A stretch of 64,000 nt of DNA, taken from assembly GCA_963826115.1 (NCBI GenBank), contig CAWGVS010000005.1:64001-128000 (forward strand). Reading direction: 5' to 3'. The translations under genes and the position numbers were made by a program. Below, piece after piece: positions 38,570-48,107 of this stretch (position 1 is the first letter of the stretch; each line of letters starts with the position of its first letter). Source of the DNA: an uncultured Candidatus Rokubacteria bacterium (GTDB taxonomy: Bacteria; Methylomirabilota; Methylomirabilia; Rokubacteriales; DASRDR01). Under the pieces are notes generated by a model. It saw only the letters and a program-made list of their open reading frames with translations. It did not search any database and was not told the origin of the DNA.

Positions 38570-39024
38570 TCGGGACGCTCATCGACGAGAAGCCGGGGCA
38601 GAACGAGATCCTCCACACGTTCGGCCTGATGGTGACCGCGGACGAGGTGCCCAAGGACGCCAAGGTGGACACGCCGGCGGAGATGTTCACCTTCATCGAG
38701 CAGCGCTCCCTCCGGTCGGAGCGCCGATTCACCGTGGTGGAGTCCACATTCCGCCCCGACTCGTCGCTCGGCGCCGAATGCGTGCGCTTCGACGCCGTCG
38801 TCGAGGAGCGGAACAATCCCAACGGGCGCGGCCTCGTCCTCGTTGGTGTCCTGCGCGACAACCTCTTCTGCCGGCACCCCAGGGCGCGGACGCCCACGTT
38901 CGTCCTGATCAGCGCGAGCGAGCGCTACGTCCAGGGCACTGTGACCGGCCCGCTCCTCATCGACGCGCTGCGGTCCGAGTGGGAGCCATCGGTGCGGAGC
39001 GTCCAGTTCATGCCCCGCCCTTGA
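38450..39024 (+). pseudogene. C-terminal part of a split/frameshifted hypothetical lipoprotein
   Basis: Protein-like frame (LYVAYSLG...CVRFD...FCRHP...SVQFMPRP) with no plausible start; a lipobox-bearing N-terminus sits before repeat B copy 2. Confidence 0.5.
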
Positions 39025-39182
39025 TCCTGACCGGCGGGCGCGGCGTCCTGCCCGTCTGGTCTACGGCATTCCCCCAACAGAGCTCTGGGGACGACCCGGC
39101 GTGGGATGGAGCGGCACCGGTGAAGGCGGGCCGAACGCTCGTGACCAGGAGTGTCATCAAGTGCTGGGCGTCGGCTCCCTTC

Positions 39183-39428
39183 ATGAAGCGCCCAATGCTC
39201 GCGCTGTGGATCGCCGCTGTGATCCCGCTATCCGGCTGCAATCCGGTCGGAGCACTCGGTGCGTGGGAGGGTCCCTTCCTCCTCGTTGCGCTGAGCCCCA
39301 CCCCGCCGACGGACCAGCTCTCCAGCGTGCGGCTGCCATACACGCTCCGGCCCCACTTCACGGACGAGGTCGCGAACTACCAGTGGACACAGATGTCGAG
39401 ACCGAGGGGGGATCGTTGGGACGCGTGA
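39183..39428 (+). CDS. Small hypothetical lipoprotein (possibly truncated)
   Basis: MKRPMLALWIAAVIPLSGC lipobox; GTGA overlap with the next gene. Confidence 0.45.
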   Translation: MKRPMLALWIAAVIPLSGCNPVGALGAWEGPFLLVALSPTPPTDQLSSVRLPYTLRPHFTDEVANYQWTQMSRPRGDRWDA

Positions 39429-39850
39429 GGAGTCGGGCGGTCCGTTTCGGAATCGGGCTCCTTGCTCTCCTAGCGGTCTTGCAGTTCGTGCCGACGGCGA
39501 GAACCAACCCCCCAGAACGGGAGCCCCCGGTGGCGCCGCCCGCCGTGCACGCGATTCTCGTGCGCTCGTGCTACGACTGTCACTCCAACGAGACCCGGTG
39601 GCCCTGGTACTCGCGGATCGCTCCCGCCTCGCTCCTGATCTCCCGCGACGTCATCGAGGGGCGCCGGGAGCTCAACCTATCGACTTGGAGCCAGTACGAT
39701 GCGCGGCGCAAGACGCGGAAGCTCCGGGAGATCGGCGAGCAGGTGGAGCAGGGCAAGATGCCGCAGTGGTACTACCTGCTCCTGCACCCGGACGCGCGGC
39801 TGTCGACAGAGGATCGTCAGCTCCTCGCCGACTGGGTGAAGCGGCCGTAG
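39425..39850 (+). CDS. Heme-binding (Haem_bd) c-type cytochrome domain protein
   Basis: TM anchor, RTNPP, SCYDCHSNETRWPWYS, GKMP..YLLLHPDA. Confidence 0.85.
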   Translation: MRSRAVRFGIGLLALLAVLQFVPTARTNPPEREPPVAPPAVHAILVRSCYDCHSNETRWPWYSRIAPASLLISRDVIEGRRELNLSTWSQYDARRKTRKLREIGEQVEQGKMPQWYYLLLHPDARLSTEDRQLLADWVKRP

Positions 39851-40383
39851 TCGTCGCGGCCATCGGCCCTGAGCCGCGAGCATGCGCTGGGCGAAGCACG
39901 ACGAGCCATACGCACCCGGCAGTGCCTTGTGGCCCTGCTCCTGCTCACCCTCCCCGGGTGCATGGACTCGGGCGGTGCCGCGTCGTCCACGCCGCGCCTC
40001 CGCACCGACGTCGAGTGGATACTTGAGGGTATCGAGCTCCGCACCGCGGCCGGGCATGAAGCGATCGGTAGGGCGCCTCGCGCCTGACCCCGCCGCCTCG
40101 GCGCCGGTACTGGGGGCAACGCGGCGCGTCGTCTCCAGGAGCCGTTCGGTGAACGGAACCGCCGGGCGTTCTGTCTGACCTCTCGAGATCGATTCAGGGG
40201 GGCGGGTCACGCCCGGGTTCTGGCCGGTACTGGGCCTCCCCTGAGCCTGCGCGCCGGTCGCATCGCCCGGGCCGGCGGCACACGCGGCGGCCCCGGGGCC
40301 GACGTGATGCGCCCGTCACCATCGTTCGCGCCATCGGCGAGGCTTGACAACTGTGCAGCAGTGGGACGAGCCTTAGGGATGTC

Positions 40384-40698
40384 ATGACGCGCAGCATTCA
40401 GTTCGCGGTGATGTCGCGTCTCCTCGTGGCCTTGCTCAGCCTCATCGCATTCGCGGCGGGCTTGGTCAGCGTGTGCCTGCCCGACGATCCTCATCAGGCG
40501 GCGTATTACGATGGGGACGCGGACGACGTTGGAATCGCTCAGGAACGCCAGACTCTGGCGTTCCACATCGCGGTCGTTCAGCCGGTCGTCCAACTCGCCC
40601 CTCTCCCCCCTTCGCATCGCGAGGGCGTTCAGAGCCCCAAAGCCCGGGCAGACGTCTCGGCCCCCTCGCGCCCCGAAGCTCGCGCGCCCCCGGCGTAA
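40384..40698 (+). CDS. Small membrane leader protein with YDGDADDVG motif and C-terminal RAPPA
   Basis: Single hydrophobic helix, acidic motif, Pro-rich linker, ends EARAPPA*. Confidence 0.7.
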   Translation: MTRSIQFAVMSRLLVALLSLIAFAAGLVSVCLPDDPHQAAYYDGDADDVGIAQERQTLAFHIAVVQPVVQLAPLPPSHREGVQSPKARADVSAPSRPEARAPPA

Positions 40699-40957
40699 TC
40701 CGCTCAGCCTTCTGACCTAGAGCCGGGGCGGGCACCGAGACGGCGTCGACCGTCCGGGGTCCAGCCTCAGGCGTTTCCTGGTTACTTGGGGCGAGTTGGG
40801 AGAAGCCATGGCTGGCCGTGCCCAGGGGAGCGGAACGACACCGGGACAACTGCGTCGTAGACCGTCTGCTCAGAGTTGACGCCGCCGTTCGGGCTGGTGA
40901 CCTGGCGTCTCTTGGTAGCAGACGGCCCCGCAGATCGTTCCCTTTGAAGCGCAGGGA

Positions 40958-42037
40958 ATGCGTGACGGAGGCTCAAGAATGCGGATAAGATGCTCCGCTC
41001 GCCGACGACTCTTCGGATCGTTCGCCGATACCGATGTGGCGACTGGGAGCGCGCGCCGCATCCGCGATTCGGCTCGAAGGCGATTCGCCCGGTCGAGTCC
41101 GCGTCTCCTCGTGCTCGGCGCATGCATCTGCTTGGGCGCGTGCGGCGAGCCGGGGTCGGGCAGCCGCGCCGTCGGCGCTCTTACCGGGTCCACAGCGCTC
41201 CCCGAAAGTACGCTCCCAGCCGACCGAGGAGCTGCCGAGGCGCCGCGGCCGCGCAGCGGGCTCAGCCAGAGCGCCGCTCCCCCCCGGGTACAGCACGTGA
41301 TCACGGTGGTCCTCGAGAACACGGACTACGAACAGGCGCTCGCACAGCCGTTCCTGGCCCAACTGGCGCGCAATGGAGGGCTACTGACCAACTACTCGGC
41401 CGTCACACACCCGTCCCAGCCCAACTATTTCGCCTTGACCGCGGGAAGTACGTTCGGAGCGTCCAACGACGGTGTGACGCTCGATGCCCGTCACATTGGC
41501 GACCTGGTAGAGGCCAAGGGGAGAACCTGGAAGGCCTACGCCGAGCAGTACCGGGGGCAGTGTGATACGGGGGCGACATCTGGCAACTACGTGCGACGCC
41601 ACGAACCGTTCATCAGCTTCAAGAACGTCCAGTCGAACCCGTCGCGCTGTCAGCGGATCGTGAACGCGGCTCAGTTGCAGACGGACGTCACCCAGGGCAC
41701 GCTGCCGAGCTACGCCCTCTACGTTCCGGACCTCAAGAATGACGGCCACGACACGGGCGTCGGTCGGGCCGATCGATGGCTCGCGTCGACGTTCGGGCCA
41801 TTGCTGCAGGACCCGCGCTTTCGCCAGAACACTCTGCTCGTGGTGACCTTCGACGAAGGACAGCGGGGGAATCACGTCTACACCGTCGTGTCGGGCGATG
41901 CCGTGGCGCCGGGATCCACATCGAACGCCCCGTACAACCACTTTAGCCTCCTGCGGACGACGGAACAGGTCTTGGGGCTGGGCACCCTCGGCCAGGCTGA
42001 TGCCACCGCGCCGGTCATCACGGGGATCTGGCACTGA
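40958..42037 (+). CDS. Phosphoesterase family acid phosphatase (lipoprotein; start uncertain)
   Basis: LGAC lipobox, VVLENTDY, THPSQPNY, RHEPF, NDGHD, VTFDE, YNHFSLLRT. Confidence 0.85.
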   Translation: MRDGGSRMRIRCSARRRLFGSFADTDVATGSARRIRDSARRRFARSSPRLLVLGACICLGACGEPGSGSRAVGALTGSTALPESTLPADRGAAEAPRPRSGLSQSAAPPRVQHVITVVLENTDYEQALAQPFLAQLARNGGLLTNYSAVTHPSQPNYFALTAGSTFGASNDGVTLDARHIGDLVEAKGRTWKAYAEQYRGQCDTGATSGNYVRRHEPFISFKNVQSNPSRCQRIVNAAQLQTDVTQGTLPSYALYVPDLKNDGHDTGVGRADRWLASTFGPLLQDPRFRQNTLLVVTFDEGQRGNHVYTVVSGDAVAPGSTSNAPYNHFSLLRTTEQVLGLGTLGQADATAPVITGIWH

Positions 42038-42149
42038 GTAACAAGCTCGCCGCTCCGTTCTTCCTGTCGGCCAGTTCGTGCTGGCAGGTTGCGGGGGCGC
42101 TCCTCTTCCTTTCGCACTCGATCCTCGACGGCTGCGACGGCGAGTTGGC

Positions 42150-42269
42150 TCCTTGACGGGGCCTGCCCCGAACGCGTACCGCCGGATGACGCTGGCCGGA
42201 GCGGGCTTCATCCGCCAGCCCCCTCTGGGGGCCGAACGGCCGAGAACGGGTTTCATGTTGCCTATCCCC
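42150..42269 (+). repeat. Repeat B, copy 2
   Basis: Matches 38450-38569; preceded by an FVLAGC lipobox-coding stretch. Confidence 0.92.
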
Positions 42270-42272
42270 CAG

Positions 42273-42567
42273 GACGGCGGCCGGCGATGCGCGGAACAGG
42301 GGGAGGACGCAGTCGCTGAGCCCCGGAGCGGCCGAGCGAGCTCCTGCTCCGGGCCCACGAATGCGGCCGGCCGCGGCCAGCACCCGCCTCTGGGGCGGCG
42401 GCTTCTGGCTCGATTCGCTCGACCTGCTGGACCTCATGCTGGCGTGCGACGCGACATTCGGAGAGCGCCCCGCGATCGGCGATGGCGAACGTCAAGACGG
42501 TCGGCGACCTCGTCGCGATCGTCGAGGCCCGATCCCGCCCTTGACGGCCACGCTCGGGCTGACCGCC
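42273..42567 (+). repeat. Repeat A, copy 2 (frameshifted ACP fragment)
   Basis: Matches 38127-38436; 11-nt deletion (CCCGGTGTTCC) within the ACP-like part. Confidence 0.9.
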
Positions 42568-42586
42568 AGGGAGCGCCCGCCGCCGG

Positions 42587-43957
42587 TCAGAACTGGAGCG
42601 CGCTCAGCATGGCGTCCGCCCGGGCGTCGGCCTCGGTGAGCGGCGCCAGATCGAAGCGCTTCTCGATGAGCCGGAGGATCGAGGTCGTGTCGTAGGACGT
42701 GTGGTCCACGAAGCCCCGCTTGGCGAAGGGCGACACGATGATCGTCGGGACGCGGGTGCCCGGACCCCACCGGTCGCGCACCGGCGGGGCGACGTGGTCC
42801 CAGAATCCGCCGTTCTCGTCGTAGGTCACGATGACCAGCATTTTCGACCACTGCGGGCTCTTCTCCAGGCGCTGCAGGATCTCGCCCGTGTGCCGGTCGC
42901 TCGAGACCACGTCGCTCGCGCTCGGATGCTGGTTGATGCCGCGTCGCGGCTTGTAGAAGGCGACGGCCGGCAGGCCGCCGCGGTCGATGTCGGCGAGGAA
43001 GTCCGTGAGGTCCTTGAGGTGCCTGGCGCGGTCGGGATTCCCTTTCTGGAACCGGGCGAAGAACGCGAACGGCTGGTGATGGAAACTGAACGTCCCGCCC
43101 GGCGCCGTGCCGGCCTCGGCCTCGTTCCAGCCCCCGGTGTACCAGGCCCAGTCGATGCCCTTTTCGCTCAGGCGGTCGCCGATCGTGGGCATGGTCTGCA
43201 CGGGCAGGAGGAGCGCGCGGTCGAGCTGCAGGTTGTGCGGGCCGCCCACCGGCTCCATCGTGTTCACGCCGAAGCCGTCGGGCGTCACCGCGCCGTCGGA
43301 GACCATCGTCCCGGAGGCGTCGAGCCGCGCCACGATCCGCTGGGGCGCCTCCCGGTACACTGGCGTGCAGGCGCAGACCAGCCAGAAGTGGTTGAGGAAC
43401 GAGCCGCCGAACGCCGCGTGGAAGAAGTTGTCGGCGAGCGTGTATCGCCGCGCGTAGTCCCACAGCATGAGTCGCGACGCGTCCCAGTGCCCCATCGCAT
43501 AGCCCTTGGCGTCCGAGATCAGGGCGAAGCGATTCATCTTGCCGCCGTTGATCTGGGCCTGCTGCTGGTAGTACGCGTGGATCAGGCTGCCGAGCTGCTG
43601 ATCCGGGCGGTAGAAGCGGTCCAGGGAGAAGGCCCCGTTCGGGAGGCGCTCGGTGATTCGCGCGTAGGGGACGGGCGGACTCGGGCGGAGGTCGAGCGGC
43701 GGGGGGAGGAACGCGTACGGCTGGTCCAGCCCGTCGACCTGGATCGCCGCCGCGCCGGCGTTGGCGAGGCCGTTGGCGCCCGGGAACGCGCCGAAGAGGT
43801 GGTCGAAGCTCCGGTTCTCGAGATAGATGACGACGACGTGCTCGATCTTGGCGAGGCCGTCGAGATCCTGGGCGCGGGTGGCCACGCAGGCGAGCAGCGC
43901 CAGTCCGGCGCCGGAGAGGAGCGCGCGGCCGAGCCACTTCCACGCGACACGCGTCAT
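42587..43957 (-). CDS. acpA: Acid phosphatase AcpA / phosphoesterase family
   Basis: VIYLENRSFDHLFG, DNFFHAAFGGSFLNH, HHQPF, TYDENGGFWDHVAPP, GPGTRVP. Confidence 0.9.
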   Translation of the reverse strand: MTRVAWKWLGRALLSGAGLALLACVATRAQDLDGLAKIEHVVVIYLENRSFDHLFGAFPGANGLANAGAAAIQVDGLDQPYAFLPPPLDLRPSPPVPYARITERLPNGAFSLDRFYRPDQQLGSLIHAYYQQQAQINGGKMNRFALISDAKGYAMGHWDASRLMLWDYARRYTLADNFFHAAFGGSFLNHFWLVCACTPVYREAPQRIVARLDASGTMVSDGAVTPDGFGVNTMEPVGGPHNLQLDRALLLPVQTMPTIGDRLSEKGIDWAWYTGGWNEAEAGTAPGGTFSFHHQPFAFFARFQKGNPDRARHLKDLTDFLADIDRGGLPAVAFYKPRRGINQHPSASDVVSSDRHTGEILQRLEKSPQWSKMLVIVTYDENGGFWDHVAPPVRDRWGPGTRVPTIIVSPFAKRGFVDHTSYDTTSILRLIEKRFDLAPLTEADARADAMLSALQF

Positions 43958-43997
43958 GAGGCCTCCGTTCGCCCGGGACCGTCCCGGATGTCCCATC

Positions 43998-44585
43998 CTA
44001 CCGCGGCTCGTCGACGTCGCTGGACGGGGCGGCGCCGGGCGGCGATGGCTCGCCGCGCGCCTCCGGCACCAGCTGGTGGAACAGGCTCGACTCCCGCATG
44101 TAGAACCCCTGCGTGTGGAAGGAGTCGGCCAGCTTCAGGTAGCGGTAGTCGATGTGGTGGCCGAGCTCGTGGAGCAGGGTCCGGAGGTAGGTCCGGAACG
44201 CCACCACGCGCCGCTGCCGCGCCGTCCGCATCCAGAGCTGGACCTTCGGGAGACGCCGGTCCGTCGTGTAGAGGCCCTGGAGCTCGCCCCAGTGGCCGTG
44301 CGGACGCGCGGCCAGCACCTCGACGCGGCAGGGGCCGATCCCGAAGGCGCCGGTGAGGGCCGTGAACAGCATCTGCGACGCGACCTGGATCGCGCGGCGG
44401 TCCTCGGACATGAGGGCGGCGTCCAGCGCCGCCACGTGCCCGTGGAGCCCGGCGGCGCCGGGCAGGCGCAGGCTCGTGACCGCGTCACTGTCCCGGTAGA
44501 TGCGCTGCTGAGCGCGGGTCAGGCGGTCGTAGTAACCGAATCGGCGCGGCGGCGGGGGCTTGTCAGGCACGGCGTCGTCGAGCAC
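43998..44585 (-). CDS. Hypothetical zincin-like protein (HExxH)
   Basis: TLLHELGHH...SFHTQGF, an SprT/WLM-like arrangement. Confidence 0.7.
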   Translation of the reverse strand: MLDDAVPDKPPPPRRFGYYDRLTRAQQRIYRDSDAVTSLRLPGAAGLHGHVAALDAALMSEDRRAIQVASQMLFTALTGAFGIGPCRVEVLAARPHGHWGELQGLYTTDRRLPKVQLWMRTARQRRVVAFRTYLRTLLHELGHHIDYRYLKLADSFHTQGFYMRESSLFHQLVPEARGEPSPPGAAPSSDVDEPR

Positions 44586-44644
44586 CGGCCGGACCCCTCG
44601 CGCCTGACGGGGCCCGGCCGGCGTCTGATCGCGCGCTCAGCGGC

Positions 44645-45781
44645 TCAGTAGGTCTGCCGCCCGATGAAGGCCCACTTCCCGTCCTTCACCTGGAGGTACA
44701 CCTGGTCCTTCGCCTCGCGCTCGCGCTGGTCGTTGAACGAGAAGGTGCCGGTGACGCCGCCGAACGTCTTGGTGGCCGCGATGGCGTCGCGGATGGCGTC
44801 GCGGTCGGTCCCGGCCTTCTCGATCGCGCCCAGGATGATGCGCGCGGCGTCGTACGTGGTGGCGTGGTACGGCTCGGGCTTCTCGCCCGGGTGGAGCTTC
44901 TGGTACATGGTCACGAAGTTCCTGACGACGGGCGCCGGGTCGTCGGCGTTGAACTCGGTGTTCACCGCGAGCCCCTCGGAGTTGCCCTTGCCGGCGAGCT
45001 CGATGAACTTGTCCTCGTAGAGAGTGCCGGTGCCGACCAGCGGCGCGGTGATCCCGAGGTTCCGCGCCTGGAGCGTGAGCAGCGCGCCGGTCGTGTAGTA
45101 GGTCAGGATGGCGAGCGCCTCGGGGTTGGCCGCCTTGACCTTGGTGAGCTGGGCCTTGAAGTCGGTGTCCTTGTCGTTGACGACCTCGAGGGCCGCCACG
45201 CGGGCGCCAAGCTTCTCGAGCTCCTTCACGAAGTAGTCCTTCGTCTGGATGCCCCAGTCGTTCTGGACGTACACGACGCCCACGTTCTTCTTGCCGAGCT
45301 TCTTGACCGTGTACTGGGCGAGGTCGGGCACGTAGACGGAGATCGGCGACCACATCCGGAACATGTACTTGCCGCCCTGCTTGGTGAGCTCCGTGTGGGA
45401 CGCCGACGGCGTGATCGTGGCCAGGCGCGCCCGCGTGTAGATCGGGATGGCCGCGAAGCAGGCCGACGAGGAGTAGTGGCCGAGGACCGCCAGGATGGCG
45501 TCGTCCGAGGCGAACTTCTGGGCGACGGTGGCCGCGTCCTTCGGGTCGCCCTTGTCGTCCTCGACCCGGATGACGACCTTCTTGCCCTTGATCCCGCCCT
45601 TGGCGTTGACCTCGTCCGCGGCGAGCTGGGCGCCCTCCGAGAACTGCTTGCCGATCTGGGCGAGGTTGCCGGTCATGGGGGCCGCGACGCCGATGACGAT
45701 GTCCTGGGCGGCGGCGGGACTCGCCGGCAGGGCGGCCGCCACGGCCAGCAGGAGGATTCCGAGGACACGCAGCATGCTCAT
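44645..45781 (-). CDS. Branched-chain amino acid ABC substrate-binding protein (LivJ/K-like)
   Basis: Signal peptide, PMTG, GGIKG, DDKGDP, NDWG, GVTGTFSF. Confidence 0.9.
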   Translation of the reverse strand: MSMLRVLGILLLAVAAALPASPAAAQDIVIGVAAPMTGNLAQIGKQFSEGAQLAADEVNAKGGIKGKKVVIRVEDDKGDPKDAATVAQKFASDDAILAVLGHYSSSACFAAIPIYTRARLATITPSASHTELTKQGGKYMFRMWSPISVYVPDLAQYTVKKLGKKNVGVVYVQNDWGIQTKDYFVKELEKLGARVAALEVVNDKDTDFKAQLTKVKAANPEALAILTYYTTGALLTLQARNLGITAPLVGTGTLYEDKFIELAGKGNSEGLAVNTEFNADDPAPVVRNFVTMYQKLHPGEKPEPYHATTYDAARIILGAIEKAGTDRDAIRDAIAATKTFGGVTGTFSFNDQREREAKDQVYLQVKDGKWAFIGRQTY

Positions 45782-45791
45782 GTGAGTCTCC

Positions 45792-47096
45792 TCACGCGGT
45801 TCGGGTTCGGGGACGGGGGAGCAGGGTGTCTCGATCGAGGACCCGCCCTCGCACGACCACCGTCCGGATGGCCCGGGCGTCGGCCAGGCGGCGGAGCGGG
45901 TTGCCGGAGACGAGGACGAGGTCGGCCTGGGCGCCCGGCGCAATCCGGCCAAGGTCGGACCGTCCGAGCGTGTCGGCGGCCGCCGCCGTGGCCGCGCGCA
46001 GGACGGCGGCGTTCGACAGCCCGGCCGCGCGGAGCCGCAGGAGCTCCTCGTGGTAGAGGAACCCGGCGCACGGCTTCAGCGCGTCCGTGCCGACGAGGAC
46101 CCGGCCGCCGAGCCGCGCGTAGTCCCGGATGAAGCGCTGGTAGCGGGCGCGGCCGCGCGCCCACTCGGCGAAGTCTCGCGCCGTCCACGCGGCGCTGAAG
46201 AAGCGCTGGCCGAGCCAGCCCAGGAGGTCCCGCCGGGCGTCGGCCGGCAGGCGCCGCGTGTCGCCGTCCCGCCGGACCCGGGCGGTGTACCGGCCCAGGA
46301 TCCCGTCCATCCCGGCGAGCGTCGGCACGAGGTACGTCTCGTACTTCAGCATCTGGTGGCCGAGGCGCTCGAGCCGCCCGCGGTCGGCCCGGGCCCAGAG
46401 GCGCCCGAGCATGGCGGAGCGCTCGGGGATCGACCGGTACCGGAGGAGCGCGGTCTCCGGAAGCGCGCCGGGCGCCTCGGGGAGCCGCGAGGTGTTCTCC
46501 AGGCCGTCGAAGCCGAGGGACACCGCCTCCCGGGCGGTGAGGCTCCACGTCTGCCCCGTCACGCCGATCCCGTGCCGGTGCGCCTCGTCGACGGCGGCGC
46601 GCGCGACCTCGAGCGCCGGCTTCTGCGTGAGGATGATCCCGTCGACCCGGTACTCCGCGCGGAGCCGCTGGACGGCCAGGCGCGCCTCCGCCGCCGAGTA
46701 GAGCGGCCACGACATCGCCGGGTAATCGGGCGAGACCCCGTCGAGGAGCGGGCCGAGCGAGAAGACCCGGGGACCGGGCGCGCGGGCGCTCTCGATGGCC
46801 TCGCGCAGCGCGAGCACGGCGTCGGGATCGTTCCCGGCGAAGCGGACCGTCGTCACGCCGTTGGCGAGGTAGAGGCGCGCCCCCAGCTCGGAGACCAGGT
46901 GCGAGTGCATGTCGACGTAGCCCGGGAGGAGCGTGCCGCCCCGGCCGTCGATCACCCGGGCCTCGCGCGGGGTCGTCAGCTCGCCCACGACCACCTCGCG
47001 GATCCGCGCCCCTTCCACGATCACCGACGCGCGCTCGATCGCGTTTTCCGACACGCCGTCGAAGACGCGCACGTCCCGGACGACCAACAGGCTCAC
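45792..47096 (-). CDS. Amidohydrolase family protein (partly degenerate metal site)
   Basis: LLPGYVDMHSH, ANGVTTVR, VGTD, GRIAPG..ADLVLV.GNP. Confidence 0.85.
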   Translation of the reverse strand: MSLLVVRDVRVFDGVSENAIERASVIVEGARIREVVVGELTTPREARVIDGRGGTLLPGYVDMHSHLVSELGARLYLANGVTTVRFAGNDPDAVLALREAIESARAPGPRVFSLGPLLDGVSPDYPAMSWPLYSAAEARLAVQRLRAEYRVDGIILTQKPALEVARAAVDEAHRHGIGVTGQTWSLTAREAVSLGFDGLENTSRLPEAPGALPETALLRYRSIPERSAMLGRLWARADRGRLERLGHQMLKYETYLVPTLAGMDGILGRYTARVRRDGDTRRLPADARRDLLGWLGQRFFSAAWTARDFAEWARGRARYQRFIRDYARLGGRVLVGTDALKPCAGFLYHEELLRLRAAGLSNAAVLRAATAAAADTLGRSDLGRIAPGAQADLVLVSGNPLRRLADARAIRTVVVRGRVLDRDTLLPRPRTRTA

Positions 47097-47189
47097 GCGT
47101 CTCGACTCATGCCGGACGCCCTCGGGGGGGCTGCGCGGGATCAGCCGGGGCGCGCTCGCCGGCCAAGCGTCTGCGCGAGCGGGAGACCG

Positions 47190-48107
47190 TCACCAGGGGG
47201 CGGTCCATCCGGCGGCGGCGAGCGTCTCGCGAGGAATGATGAGGCGCGCGGCCATGACGGGCCGCGGCGACGTCCCGATGCGGAGCTCGCCCACGATCGA
47301 GAGGAGCATGTACGCCTCCTCGGGATCCATGCCGGCGCCCTGGGCGACGACGTCGATGGCCGCCCGCGTCGCGTCCTCGGTGGCCTCCTCGACGCTCGGG
47401 CCGAAGCCGAGCACCTGGACGGTCCCGTCCACCTCGACGATCGGCCGCGCGATCGCCAGCCGCTTGCGGAGGGTGATGCGCGCCCGCACGGTCGACGTGC
47501 ACTCGACGCCGGTGCCGGTGACGATGCCGTCGCTGATCGCCGCGTGCGGGTCGGCGAAGAAGACGAGGGCGCCCGGTACCATGACCGGGAGGTAGACGCG
47601 GCTCCCTGCCTTCACGTCCTTCTGGTCGAAGTCGCCGCCGTAGGGCCCGGCGTAGGACGGCTTGTAGCCTTCCGGCGGCATGGTCGATACCGTGCCCAAG
47701 TTGGGGTTCAGCGGGATCGGGATCCGCCCGCCGAACCAGGCCCGCCCGTCGCGCACCGGGCAGGCGATCGCCTTCGGCTCCCCGTACTCCTTCCGGAGCA
47801 CGCCGAAGTCCCGCAGGATCGCGGTGATGCCGTCCGTGTGCGGCGTGATCTCCAGGAGATCGATCGCCACGGCGTCGCCGGGCTCGGCCCCGCGGACGCG
47901 CACCGGCCCGGCGACGGGCGCCAGCGGGTGGCCGTCGCACTCGGGGGTGAACGGCGTGGGCACGTCGCGGATGTCGCGGACGTCCGCGAAGGCGCCGCGG
48001 ACCACGAGGGTCACCTCCTCGCCCGAGTCGATCGTCAGGGCGGGGGGCGTGTCGACGTTGACCGAGAAGAGGTACCAGGTCCTGGGCTCGGCCGCGCCGC
48101 CGGTCAT
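47190..48107 (-). CDS. Acetamidase/formamidase family protein
   Basis: GPVRVRGAEPGD, GPYGGDFD, LPVMVPGAL, DPHAAISDG...GVE. Confidence 0.85.
   Translation of the reverse strand: MTGGAAEPRTWYLFSVNVDTPPALTIDSGEEVTLVVRGAFADVRDIRDVPTPFTPECDGHPLAPVAGPVRVRGAEPGDAVAIDLLEITPHTDGITAILRDFGVLRKEYGEPKAIACPVRDGRAWFGGRIPIPLNPNLGTVSTMPPEGYKPSYAGPYGGDFDQKDVKAGSRVYLPVMVPGALVFFADPHAAISDGIVTGTGVECTSTVRARITLRKRLAIARPIVEVDGTVQVLGFGPSVEEATEDATRAAIDVVAQGAGMDPEEAYMLLSIVGELRIGTSPRPVMAARLIIPRETLAAAGWTAPW

Noticed and set aside
40344-40380. TTGACA as promoter of the second RAPPA leader
   Set aside because: No -10 hexamer at 16-18 nt spacing
38450-42269. Repeat B/B' as DGR template and variable repeats
   Set aside because: Only 5 mismatches, of mixed direction and not adenine-restricted; no reverse transcriptase in the window
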